From contig NC_068982.1 in the NCBI RefSeq assembly GCF_001194135.2, positions 178,600,734 to 178,655,603 of the forward strand: a stretch of 54,870 nucleotides of DNA, read 5' to 3'. The stretch is from Octopus bimaculoides (taxonomy: Eukaryota). The notes under the pieces are model-generated. The model had not been told where the DNA came from. It ran no database searches and saw only the letters and a list, made by a program, of their open reading frames with translations. A program made the translations under genes and the position numbers. This document shows positions 12,044-24,633 of this stretch, piece after piece (the stretch's first letter is position 1; each line of letters opens with the position of its first letter).

Positions 12044-14903
12044 GTGGGTTTAGGTTCTGCAAATAATCTAATGAATGATAGGTAACTATTAATCGTTGTT
12101 AAGGCTGCAACTGCATGCAGATGTGAAACTGCTGTATTCAAATGATGAGCTTGTGGATAGTGACCTGTCAAAGTAGGTTCAATTTCTCATTGCTACTGAG
12201 CTAACAATGGATTGTGACTTTAAAGCTGCCACGTCCGTCGGAATGTTTTAAGGGTTGATTTCATTACATCGTACAATGAAGTGAGAACACAACAGTTTGC
12301 TACCTTTATGTGTGTGTTGTTGCTGTTCCCTTCTAGCGTGAGCTTCTATATTTCTGTCAAGGCGAGTATCATAAGGCGACAGTCATTGGTGCAAATTCTG
12401 TTGACGTAAGATCAATGATAGCTGAATAGCTAAGAGTGATCTTTTCTTTTATGATTGAATATACGAATAGACTACTTTTTAGGTTAGTAGATTTCAGGAA
12501 TAATTACAAATTCCATAGGCTAGTATGAAGTAAATCGCCGGTTCAGTTTGCATCATGTTATTTAATAATTAACAATTTTGAAAGTTATGTAGCCGTTACA
12601 GTAGAGTAAAACAAGTCTCAAGAAATGTAGTAGTTTGCTGCCACTACACTGGCAGCAAACAAATTTGAAGAGGAAGTTGCAGTTACTTATCCTTATGTAT
12701 TTGGCACCCTTCTCTCTTTTCAATCAAGCAGTACGACGCTCCTCATTTGAACCAAACTCTCCTTACCATCAATTGTTTCTGTAGTGAGGTCTGTCATCAT
12801 GCCACCAGTAAGGCTGCAAGGACTAACTTCGAGCCAAGTTGCACCAGCATTTTGCGGGCCAGCACAGGTCAGCAGACCTATCTCGAATGTGTACAGTCGT
12901 TATATCCATGACTACATTCATATTACTCTCTAGGGATCAATTCCCTGCCAAAAGTTCTTCACTAAAACTTATCACCCATCTTTTGAAATTACCTCTGCCA
13001 TCTCTATCATTTGTATTATGTTCAGTATATCTCTGTTAATATTGATACGCCTCAAAATTTTACTCGATATTTATTGAGTCCATCTTGTTCTAGCTACAAC
13101 AGCCATCTCGTTTTTAGAATTTTAACTATTTCCACGAGTATACAATAAAAAAAACTCAGATTTGCGCCATCTCTTCCGTGTACAGGGTTACTCTCTCTTG
13201 TTATTACCTCACTCCGCTAAAGTTAGGCATTTTACTAGGCCTCTGCACAAGCAGAGAAACAAATTTAATTTCCTATTAATAGCACTTTAAAAGAAATACG
13301 TATGAAATTATCTTGTAATAATTAGCAGCAGATATGTATATAAAATAACTAGGGAAATATATGTGTGCGGCAGTTTGGTTTTGTAATTGTGTCGTATTGT
13401 TTGTTATTATTGACGATACGGGCATGCTAATTAATCTAATATTATATTGTGGCTAAATTACAAACCATTTTGTAAATAGAAATAGCGCGTATGATAAATG
13501 TTTCAGTACCTAATCGAAGTATATTTATTAATAAATATGCATTTTATTACCGTGTTTTAAGTTTCTTTTACGCCATAAAATATTTAAGCAATCTTTACTA
13601 AGAGATGTGAAATGGGTTTTCATGAGTAATGAAAAGTCAGGTTGATGTATTCCACACCTATTGATAAGTTACTAGTGTGTTAACAATGACTTTTAAAGGC
13701 TCTCTATTACATAATGTATCAATAGATTTTAGTTAACACTGTGTAACAGTGTTGAATAACTCTATAAACATACTCGGTAACACGATATAATTGAAATACT
13801 GGACTGTTTTTATCGTGACGATAGGTTAACATACATCTCTCTATGAAAGCTTTTCTATATCACTTTTTGTCCATAAAAACTATTATCTGTTAACTGTTAT
13901 TCAAGAGATTCGTTTTCTTGATTTGAATTTTCCAAAGTAAAATTACTTTTGATAAAAAGATGTTTTACTTCAGTCAATGAAGCTTTCGCATATATATATA
14001 GTTGCTTTGAAATGCAGGTTTTATTGTCTGATACAAATAAGGAAATTGAATAACTTTTCATTGATAAACATGTTTATATTATCAGCAATTTAAGACAACG
14101 GAAAACAACTCTAAGACAACAGTAATACATGCAGAGAAAATAATTCGTTTTGAGGTTTAATATAGAATGCATTAGATACTACGGGATATTGAGAACAACT
14201 GTCTTCTGGTCCTACCTTCTACCGACTTGCCGTCCACAAATCTATAAAAGATATTTAATATTAGAGAAGAATTACAGTGGTTATGATAAGAGAATTAAAA
14301 TACATATAACAGAATTAAAATTCATATAATAGATTTAAATTACAAAACTAAATTTAAAACAAAATGATATTCCGAAAAATATTTTTACATATTATTGTGT
14401 TTAAGCCTAAATAAGTAATACAGAATGCAATATTTGCAACAAATTGTATTTCAGTACTTCGCTATTGATAAAATCAGAGAATTTTGTTGTTTTCTAAAAA
14501 CGTTTGGACGTTATCCAAAGTTGTATAACATTAGATTCAAACACCTTCCAGGTAAACAACCTAAAATAACTCTAAACAGCTCTAATCCTATTAATGTAAG
14601 TTCGACAGTTTTCGTATTTATATCAAAAATATTTATTCTGTCATGCTGTCAGTTTTTTATGGTTTTATAGTAAAGATTTTTATCATCTAAACGACATATA
14701 TTCTATGTCTAAATATTTCAAAATTTCCTTAATCTAGAATTCAATCTTTTATTTCATCTTTTTAATGTTGTTTGATGAAGGTGTTAATATGAAACAGCAT
14801 AAATAATACATAATTTCAAATTCCTATGTATACATCGCCATGCAACACTTTGAATACACACATTCACCCAACCATCCATCTCTTCCTCGATCGATTCGTC
14901 GAT

Positions 14904-14999
14904 CCATCCATCCATCCATCCATCCATCCATCTCATCTCATCTTTTTACATAGCTGGCTTGCTAGGTACTAAGTTACTGAAATTAATATGTCATGTCAG

Positions 15000-15075
<76 letters not shown>

Positions 15076-15090
15076 AGTCTGTCTGTCTGT
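14904..15090. repeat. (CCAT)n and (ATCT)n/(GTCT)n tetranucleotide microsatellites
   Basis: CCAT run at about 14904-14931 and ATCT run at 15001-15075. Confidence 0.95.
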
Positions 15091-16497
15091 ATGTCTATCT
15101 ATCTATGCGCATATATATGCATATGTGAGTGTTTGTGTATTTCTCCATATTTATCGATATATTTATTTAACTATATGTCTGCTTATCTAACTAAAATCAA
15201 TAAAGCTGCATGATGAATTTATGAAATCCATCATTTATGCCCGTCTTTGTTTTTACTGTATATCAAGTATAGTTCTGATAAAATTAACGTATAGTATCAC
15301 TAAGCAAAGTGAACGCCTATTTATAAGAGTGTACGCTTCTCTAAATTTACGCTTAAAATAGAATAATAAGACTGGCCTGGAGAAGTATAGAAAACGGCAC
15401 AGTAGACAGCATCAACATCAGTACATGTTCATAGCTTATCAGTATTGGATAGATGGTAGTCAAAGCTAGTTGCTATACAACTTGAATTAAAACATAAGTT
15501 GCTCCTATTTGGTAACAGCTAAGCCTTGATCCATCGTACTGTCTGTTATTCGAGTATAGCGTATCTAATGCAATTTGTTTTACATTTTAAAGATTGTTAG
15601 GCATGATTTAAAAGTTATTTGATCTTATGTGTAGCAGGTTGAATAAACAAACCACATAGAGACTCCTCGTTGTTTAGTAAAGTAAGGTAAATATATGCAG
15701 CAGGAAATTTAGTCCATCATTCTACTGATGTAGTGACCACTACCCATTGCATTTAACATAATTTCGAACATCGAAGCAAGTGATCTATCCTGAAAGCAGG
15801 GTTCGTAGTCAACTACAATTCTAATAATACATTACATGAGCTTATTTTAACGAACCTTGATGAATAACGAAAGGAATATCTATATCTACCACGTAAATAG
15901 GTGCAGCTATATACGGACTTATTGACTCTGATATACAACAATCTCACTCTTCGTTTTATATTAACACTGAGACTTTATTGTTTTTTCTTGATTATTTTGT
16001 AATAGCACACAAGTTTCGTATTTCGGGTGTACTATTCTTAGATGGTCTGCTGTATAGTAATCGGAGCGCACACATACATAATATTGAAGAATGTAAATAT
16101 GAACTAGGCAAAAGGTAAATAACGTAGAATGTAAATCTATTTCAATTTAGGATTTCCTCTGTTTGCTTTCTTTTTTATTTTAAGATCCATATTGACGCTT
16201 CATAATTAGCTTGAGGGGAGCTTTCATGTAAGTAATGGACTTCCTGTATCTGCAGACAGTAAAACCTATCTTTATAATTAAGGACTTTGAAGAACATTTT
16301 TGTGCAGAAAGGATTTATGACAGGCAGCTGAGAGCATGGTTTTGTAATTGATTTGATTTAAGCTAAAGGCGATTTCATAGATCAAAGCTATTATTAGTTC
16401 TTTCAGGTTTCCCAGTCTGAGAATATTACTTTAGGTTTGCTATGAGCTAAATATATTCTACATTTCAACAGCTTTATTCTTAAATGCCAAATCTGAC

Positions 16498-16551
16498 ATG
16501 AATCTTTCCATACGGCTTTTCTAAATGAATCTTTCCATACGGCTTTTCTAA
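16498..16551 (+). repeat. Perfect 27-bp tandem duplication ATGAATCTTTCCATACGGCTTTTCTAA x2
   Basis: Directly visible. Confidence 0.9.
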
Positions 16552-17240
16552 TACATTTCTACTATTGTCCAGAAGTGGAAACATTTTTTAGGTTGAAAAT
16601 AATGTGGGAAAAGTACTTAAGGTAAAAATCTGAGAATATGCTCCATGAAAGGTGTCCGATTGGCATTTTATATGCCTCAAGCAAGTTATATGGTTGATTC
16701 CTGTTTCAAGGAGTTTGAAAACACATTTCATTAATTGATCCCTGTTTAAGCCGTAAAATATATGAATTACGCTCGTTGGAAAATCAAGAGAATGAGGTGT
16801 AGTTGTTCACATATTCCGAATGCTCATTTAAAATAATTTCGATATTAATAGTATTTCAAATTTAATTTTTAATTAGTAACCAAAATAATTCAAATCATAA
16901 AAACACTTCATTAATGTATTCCATTGAAATGTTCAGATATGTAAATTATGTCTTGATTTTAGAATTCGGGTGAACATTGTTTTCGTCCAATATTTATGTA
17001 AGAAACACCAATCTGACAATCTTTGGAGCATCGGAAAAAATGCCATGCTGTGTTTGTTCAGGCTTTACATTCTGTGTCCTGCCAGGATCAAATTTACTTT
17101 CTTCTGGGTTCGACAAAATAAAGTACTAATTAGATACTTGCATTTGTCTGGCACTTCTACAGATTGATAGTGTTAATCAACTACCTCTCCTCTTAATTAC
17201 TGGTATTGTACTTAAAACAGAAACCATTATTTCCTTATAT

Positions 17241-17430
17241 GAAGGCGGTGAGCTGGCAGAATCGTTAGAACGCCGGGCGAAAAGCTTAGCGGTATTTCGT
17301 TTGTCGCTACGTTCTGAGTTCAAATTCCACCGAGGTCGACTTTGCCTTTTATTCTTTCAGGGTCGATTAAATAAGTACCAGTTACGCACTGGTGTCGATG
17401 TAATCAACTTAATACCCTCCCTCAAGCTGC
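17241..17430 (+). mobile_element. tRNA-derived SINE (octopus-type family A)
   Basis: A-box-like GAGCTGGCAGAATCGTTAG and B-box GAGTTCAAATTCC, then GAGGTCGACTTTGCCTTT..GGGTCGAT..AAGTACCAG. Homologous copies at 40283, 50541 and 52966. Confidence 0.85.
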
Positions 17431-17461
17431 NNNNNNNNNNGTATGTGTGTGTATGTATGTA

Positions 17462-17510
<49 letters not shown>

Positions 17511-17555
17511 GGAGAGAGAGAGAGAGAGAGAGAGAGATATCTGTGTGTGTGTGTG

Positions 17556-17752
17556 TTTGTGTTTGTTCCCCACCACTGCTGGGCAACCGGTGTGGTTAAG
17601 AATTTTATTTTTAAACCTGGTAACAATTACCAAGTTTAAAAATAAAATAGGTACAGGATCGATTCGTTCGACTAAATTTCCTCAATGAAGTGCCCATGCA
17701 CGCCCGTAGTCTAATGACGGAAACAAAAGTTTAGAAAATAAAGATGAAAGAT
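17556..17752 (+). mobile_element. Diverged 3' half of SINE family B
   Basis: GTTCCCCACCACTGCTGGGCAACCGGTGTGG...GATTCGTTCGACTAA...AATGACGGAAACAAAAG is similar to 44262-44465. Confidence 0.6.
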
Positions 17753-19559
17753 GATTGTAGGAACTTTTATCGTAATATTAAAGGAAATTTTATATATACT
17801 TAAATGCACATTTATCTTTGAGCTACGATATGTAACAATAGACTTTTATATCTGGAATTAACCATCAATCCAGATATAACATACTGTCGGTGTTTTCTCT
17901 TGCTAATATACAGGAATTCATACGTGAGAATATCTTTCTATTGGTACCGTTTCTATGTACTAACGGAATATTCATATATGAGAGAAATAAAATGAACCCT
18001 CATGAATTAATAATATTTGAAGAATTATTCATCTAACGAAATGGAATAGCAATAGGATCTCATGCCGTCAATTGTGAACAAATTATAAACTAAATGTAGA
18101 ATATATTCAATTAATATTCTCTAGTTAAATTAGACGACATACAAATTGATAAATCCTAATAAATTTAAGTAATTCAGACATATTCTGGAATAATGCATGT
18201 GAAATTGAATTCTCTAAAGTTACCTTCAGCTATAAATCATCAAAAGCAATATCTGGCTTGCAAGGAAATTTAATTTGTAGTGGTTGTATTAGCAAAGCAA
18301 GAGTTAATTGAATGAGTATCCATAAAGTAAGTTTTGTCGGTGTATCGTCAGGATAAGAAATAGCTAACATTTCATTTAAATGATAAAGGATACCTCGAGA
18401 ATATATAAGAAAGAATATCTGTTTGAGAAGCTGAGTATCTCTTTGAGAAGTTACTTAAAAATTTTAAGATATTAAAACTTGAAATGATTGAACAGTTTTA
18501 GTACTGAATTTAGAAGTAAGGTTTTGTTTTAAAACTTTGTCCTATCCATCTCATGTTGGATAGCAGAAATAGTCAAACCGATTTTATGATTCTACTCAAA
18601 TTAATCATAAAGGAAACTTCAGTAACAAAATAGATTGGATTTTATCATATTTGGTTTTGGAAGGGTCAGAATATTTTAGGACAGCTACCACTGTTTGGCA
18701 TGTATTTTCCTTACAAAAGTTTGATACTAGAAACAATCTTTAGAAAATTTATGTAACCTCATACAACCTCCCCTAATCTCTTATTGCCACAACCAGCATT
18801 ATACAGAATACTATTAAAGTTACAAGCTCTATATCGTTCCTTTCAACACACAAGATAACATGTTACAGTTTAAGCATATCGGATTTCTGTTTTATATTTT
18901 TGCTTCTTATTCAATGTATTGTTTCTCTACCTTCTGCTTGATACATCTAAAGACGCTTTAAGAATTTCAGTTAATTTGAATGTATATATGTATTTATGTC
19001 GGTATGTATGTGTATGCAATTTAATCATGGCTGAATGTACTGTGAGTAGCTACTTGTAGTTTCCCGTCATTAGATACCTGACGTTTTGTTTTAATATATA
19101 GACCATCGTGTATGCTGTAATGTCTCTAGACACAATAATTTATAACCCTATCATCCCGAAATCTGAGTCAAAATAGATGTAACCGACAGAATACCGATTT
19201 CTCAGAACTATACAACTTTTAATCGTGGATCCAAGAAATGAGTAGGAAACACGAGTGAACTAGTATCACGGTACTAGCTACTAGTACTTTTACAGCTGGT
19301 GAACTAACTTAAGTAAAGGCTATCAGTAGTCTCGAAGGACTATTCGTCCAGGTATGTCACTCTTAGTTGCACAAATGTTGTAATGGCAGAAGAAGCGGAT
19401 GAAAAAGTTCGAAGCGCATTGACAGAACTCAGGTTGTACATCCGGCATATTCTGCAGGAATAAAAAGAATCGTACCCACCTACCTTGCATTGAATTGGGG
19501 ACCCTCTATTCATATTCCCTTAGTTAACAATGCATAGAATTTGAAGACCACATAAAAAT

Positions 19560-21410
19560 GATAGAGAATTTGAACTTTTGCAGTTGATCCATTTACAGAC
19601 TGTAGAGAAGAAAAGACGAACTCGCCAGTGTGTAGGATACCTGGCAATTGTAACCGAAATTTAATCACAAGTTTTCACAAAATATATGATTTGGTGGAAA
19701 ATAGTATAGAGAAAAGCGAAAATCATAAAGATAGCTTTATAGCGAAACCAGTAATTAGGTAATGAATAATTATGGACAGCAGTTGATGATAAACTAAATA
19801 AAGGCCTTTTGATATCAACATTGTAAAAGTAAATTCTCCTTTACAAGGATGCAACAATGAAAATACGGAAGAATTGTACGTAAAAATAAAGTGAAGAATA
19901 GACTAAATCTAAAGAGATAAGTATTATATAACTATCATATACGGAAATTGAAGTGCAAAATTCTACACAGGAAGTGTCAGGAATAAAATTGGCGAATATG
20001 AGTTAGATAATGGACCCTAAAAGGTGACCGACTGGGCGTTTGTCCAAAGATAGAACCTAGTAGTAAGCATCGCTCTCTTCCAATAATCACTAAGAAAATT
20101 ATAAACGTTGAAGAGATAAAAAAGAAAATAACATATTACGAGCTGATAAACCAACGGTTTAGAAATTAAGTGAGACTTGCAAAAACATATCCTTGAGCAG
20201 GCATCAATTCAGACCATAAGTCAGTGATAATTAAATTACAAATAAAAGTTAAGAAAGTGAAAGTGGCTAAAAGACGAGAACAATTAAACTTTCGAAAACA
20301 AACTGAATACAAAACGAATTTATGTTAAAAAGTATGAATATTTCTGCGATGAAAATGTACAAGAACAATTTGATAAAAAAAACAAACTGAAGAAAAGTGA
20401 AACAATTAAAACAATTAGAACTTGTATGCAGACATTTCTAATGAACTAATGAAAATGCTGCCTTGAAGGAGGAAGGAAAGAAGTTTGATGGCTAATGAAA
20501 TTTTATCAAAAATGAAAGAAAGGGAAAGGGAATAAAGTTCAGGAAAATATAACATCCTGTTCTGAATGTAGAAAAAGAAAAGTCAAATACCACGTGGCTG
20601 AAAAGCATAATAACTAGCATGAATCCAAATATACATATAAGATAAGTGAAATCAAACCGTAATTACAGTAAACAAAGTAGTAATATTCAAGACAAAAATA
20701 AAAATATGTTATGCTCAACAGAAGATTACACCCAGATCGATGGATAAGAACAGACTTCCTTTGTCCAATTTCGAAACTGCTAATAGAAAGAACATTTTAA
20801 AAGAATCAGTAAAGGCAATAAAATCAGTAGATTGTTGAAAGTCAACAGAAGCGGATAAAATGCCAGCAGGAGCACTAAGAATATTAAACAAGCACAGCCT
20901 AGATCTAAACACAGGCGTAATATGATATATGAGAGCGGAAACTCTACGAAAAAGAAAACTTTACGAAGAAGATGAAATACTCAAGACTGCACAGATTTTA
21001 GAGCAAGATGATGAAAGAACTATGTGGAAAACACTACTATATGAAGAATAAATGAAGAGATCAGTAACTACAAAATAATGTTGGTTCAAGAACGGAAATC
21101 TGCTGAGGAATATTTAATCAAAGAACCATATATGAAAGCGCTCTTGACATAAATCAAGATGCTTCTTGGACCATATATTAATATATTATTTGACAGAGTA
21201 AAACGCGCAAATATGATTGACTGATTATCAGAACTCAGCATAGATGATAGACCTATAAACAGCAACAATAATATATTTTGAGACAAAACAGCAGTGATCA
21301 GAAGTGAACGAGGAAACTCCAGAATTGAATATAATGAAAAGAGTCAGGCAAAGCTATGTACGTTCTCCGAGCCAGTTTAACTTATACATTGAAATAATAT
21401 ATGTTACCCT
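19560..21410 (+). mobile_element. RTE-clade LINE relic (AP endonuclease plus N-terminal RT), heavily mutated
   Basis: DINIVKVNSPLQGCNNENTEELY (19811; APE V..YAP motif region), INQRFRN*VRLAKTYP*AGINSDHKSVIIKLQIK (20146; SDH motif) and VRQSYVRSPSQFNLYIE (RT motif B, GVRQGCVLSP.LFNLY). Confidence 0.8.
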
Positions 21411-21469
21411 TTACTATGTGGAGCTGAAACATCGCAAAAAGTATTATCAAATATATTACAAGCATTTGA

Positions 21470-21615
21470 GACACGGAGATATATTTGGTTTCGAGGAGCT
21501 GGAGCACCCTGCCTACAACCCAGATCTCACCCTTTCCGACTATCAACATTGGACTGTTCGAAGATGGTTTACGAGGTCGCCGATTTCCTACGGATGAAGA
21601 TTTGAAGGAAGTGAC
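21470..21615 (+). mobile_element. Mariner transposase catalytic-domain fragment
   Basis: FGFEELEHPAYNPDLTLSDYQH corresponds to the mariner HPPYSPDLAPSD motif, followed by RFPTDEDLKEV in a shifted frame. Confidence 0.8.
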
Positions 21616-22259
21616 TTTTGAGAATAGCACGTAAAGATCTTAAACCAATAATTTAATACTAAAAACGTCAAAACTAAGAAAGTTTCTTGAAATACTAAAC
21701 AAAACAAAAAGAAAGAAACGTGAAATATTTTAAAGACTTCATTAGAAAAATTGCTTATAGCGACTGTTAATAAATTGGGAAGAGAAGAGGAAAGTCCTGA
21801 ATTGCATATATGATTAATATGAAGAATTGGACAGACTTAAAATACAGCGAATGTATAAGGACAGTACAGGAAAGCCTGAACTAACGATTCATGTGACTGA
21901 ACCTGGTGAGAGCAAGCGATTCCTGACAGCGGTAATAATTATTATCATGCACAGTGGTTGGCATTTCCCATTCTAAGAAGAAATTGGTGAGAAAATATAG
22001 GTTCACCGTTGAACTATGTACGTATAGATATAATTCTTAACGTGGTTTGATTTGACGACAAAAAAGGTGGAATAATAAGGAATTACATTGTGGGATTTTC
22101 TTAGATTCATGCTCTTGTAATGGCTATTGTTTGTGCGTAGGTGTACCGACGTGTATGTATGTGTGAGTATAAAAGATTCCATGAATATCTTACCAGTTAA
22201 TGATTGTTTGGTGCGGATAAGTTTTGAAAATTATTCCTGTCATTACCACTTGTATACGA

Positions 22260-23785
22260 ACCTTTGTTCATTACTCCTAACTTTTAAGTGCCAACAGTGT
22301 CGTGTTAGTTTCAGTTCCAGCAGCCAGAGCCGACCAGCTTTTTGGTGGTACAAGTCTTCGAGCTAGGAGGAGGGGGCGCTATGAACGAAACCGCTACCTT
22401 GGCCCACCTGTCAATCAGCGATGCTGCTTAAGTGACAGCCAGTCTCACATAGCGACGCTATTTCCCAGCCGGCATGTTATGGCTTTCAAGCCATTTTGGG
22501 TCTTCTCCCTTAAGTAGTATATATATAAGCTGGCTTTTTCGACTGCCTGCTGTATCCTCATTATTACTTTCCCCAGCTCTGAGCTCGTAAATGCAAACCG
22601 TATTCTAAATAACGTTGTCCCTTTCCTTTCAATGAAGCCTCTAGCCCCAACTGCCAAGTGGTAATACTCGACAGTCCATCCCTGTTCTCCGCACTCTTCG
22701 ATTAATTTCTCATACTTCTTCTTCCGTTGCTCTGCATTAGCGATGTTCTCTTCCCATGGTACTGTCAGCTCTAGCAAAATTCCAATTCTCCGTTCTGTGT
22801 TCCATAAGATTAAGTCCAGTCTTTTTGTTGTTTTTATGAGTGGAAATATTGACAGTCTTTCCGAATCCGTGGCCATCTCCCAGTATCCCTTCCATCTTTC
22901 GTCTGTCTCGTATACTTTATTTGAAGGCCTGGCTTTATGTCCTCTTCCCTCCTTCTGGAAGTATATTTTTTCGCGCTTTTCCCCTTTTGGGTATTCTCCC
23001 CTACCATATCCATGGATCTTCTCCTTGAATGCTGCGCTTATGACACCGGGGACTTGATTGTGACGCCATGTATATCTGTCCAGTGCTAGCCTGCAGTTTG
23101 ACAGAACATGTCTCTCCGTTGCTTTCTCACCGCATCTACATTTATCAGTTTGTATGTTCCACCGGACTGAATTCGCCGGTGAAGGTAAAACGTCGAAGGT
23201 AGACTTGATCAGGAAGGATGTTCCCATGCCCAAAGTTCATTCCATGAGATTCTGCGACTGACTACATATTCCTTCCATCTCCGGCACTGTCCCTGTTGAC
23301 TACATGGCACAAAATGTACACTCCGCCTTTCTTCTTCCTCCTTTCTCACTTCGCGTACTACTGCCTCCTTCATCTCTTTTACACTGCTCATGCAAAATGG
23401 CTTGAAATTGTGCGACCTTAGACCGGCTCTTGCTTCTTGCGTCGCTCCGACTATATCGGCGTGCCTTAGCATTCCGATCGCCCTGTTTACTGCCTCTTCC
23501 GCTTTCCATTTCCTCCCTGTTCGTACCTTTGGAGTGTTTTCTCAGATGTTCTGATCTTTCGAATACCTTAGCATAATTACTATCCTTGCCTTTCCTGCCT
23601 TATATTCTTCGGGGATTGATGTTATTGGTAGTTGCAGTACGGGTTTTTCATATAGCGCAGTTTTATTCAGTGATTTTGGAAGATCAAGCCATTTTCTGAT
23701 AAACACACTGCATCTTTGTTCCATCCCTTCTACTCTACTCGAGGCTATTTCGTAAATTTGCAATGGCCACATTATCCATTATTGT
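22260..23785 (-). mobile_element. RLE-type non-LTR retrotransposon (HERO/NeSL-like), 3' part: post-RT region, CCHC knuckle, restriction-like endonuclease, 3' UTR
   Basis: WPLQIYEI..VEGMEQRCSVFIRKWLDLP..L; VRTGRKWKAEEAV; CRCGEKATERHVLSNC (CCHC); RYTWRHNQV; RLDLILW..ILLELTVPWEEN (PD..(D/E) nuclease); VGARGF. Several stops and frameshifts. Coding part about 22445-23775; the 3' boundary is approximate. Confidence 0.9.
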
Positions 23786-24217
23786 CACTTAGTCACAAAT
23801 GCATGCCATATAGCTGCAACAGAAAGCTGTATCCCCAACAATAATGTCATTTCTCTAAGACATCACCCAGCAACCTATTAAGTCCATTTACACATTTCTC
23901 AATGCATACTGCTGTTATGACTTCTCTCCCTCATTTTATGCCTCCATCGTAGATGGGTAGATTTGCTAGGGAGAACAATGCTAAAAGACACTTGTTTCAG
24001 GATTCTATATTATTTCAGAAAATATTCTCCGTTTCAAATAGAAAAAAATGTATTAGAGAGCGCAGAGAGATATATCGTTAATGGCACGCCTTAGAGTCAT
24101 ACACATCTAGAGGCTAAATGAGATAATTGGCCACTGAAAACCATACACTTACGAAGAAATATTACCAAGGAAACGAACGGGTACTCGAAGTAGCAACACG
24201 GAAAGTAATGGAAATGT

Positions 24218-24228
24218 ACACACACACA

Positions 24229-24323
<95 letters not shown>

Positions 24324-24450
24324 ACACACACATAATATACATATGTGCGTCATATTCAGAAACGCACGCAAACACGCACACAATCATACACGACACGCAT
24401 ACACACACACAAACACACATACATACACACGCACACACATACGCACACAC
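24218..24450. repeat. (CA)n and degenerate CA-rich microsatellite
   Basis: Directly visible. Confidence 0.95.
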
Positions 24451-24633
24451 TCACGCTTATAGACACATAAAGAGCCAGAAAGAAAATAGGAATATACAGT
24501 TGCAGTTACCATGCAACCGCATAGTAAAGCATAAGTGTAAGATTTGAGAGCATATAGATATAATTGCTCTACCGTACGAAAACAGAATATTATTTTGTGG
24601 AATATTATTTTGTTCGTAGTAATAAAAAGAACT

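Noticed and set aside
12690-13260. Minus-strand RTE-like endonuclease start
   Set aside because: Only vague similarity (SEVRW-like and YSG-like words) and no uninterrupted motif.
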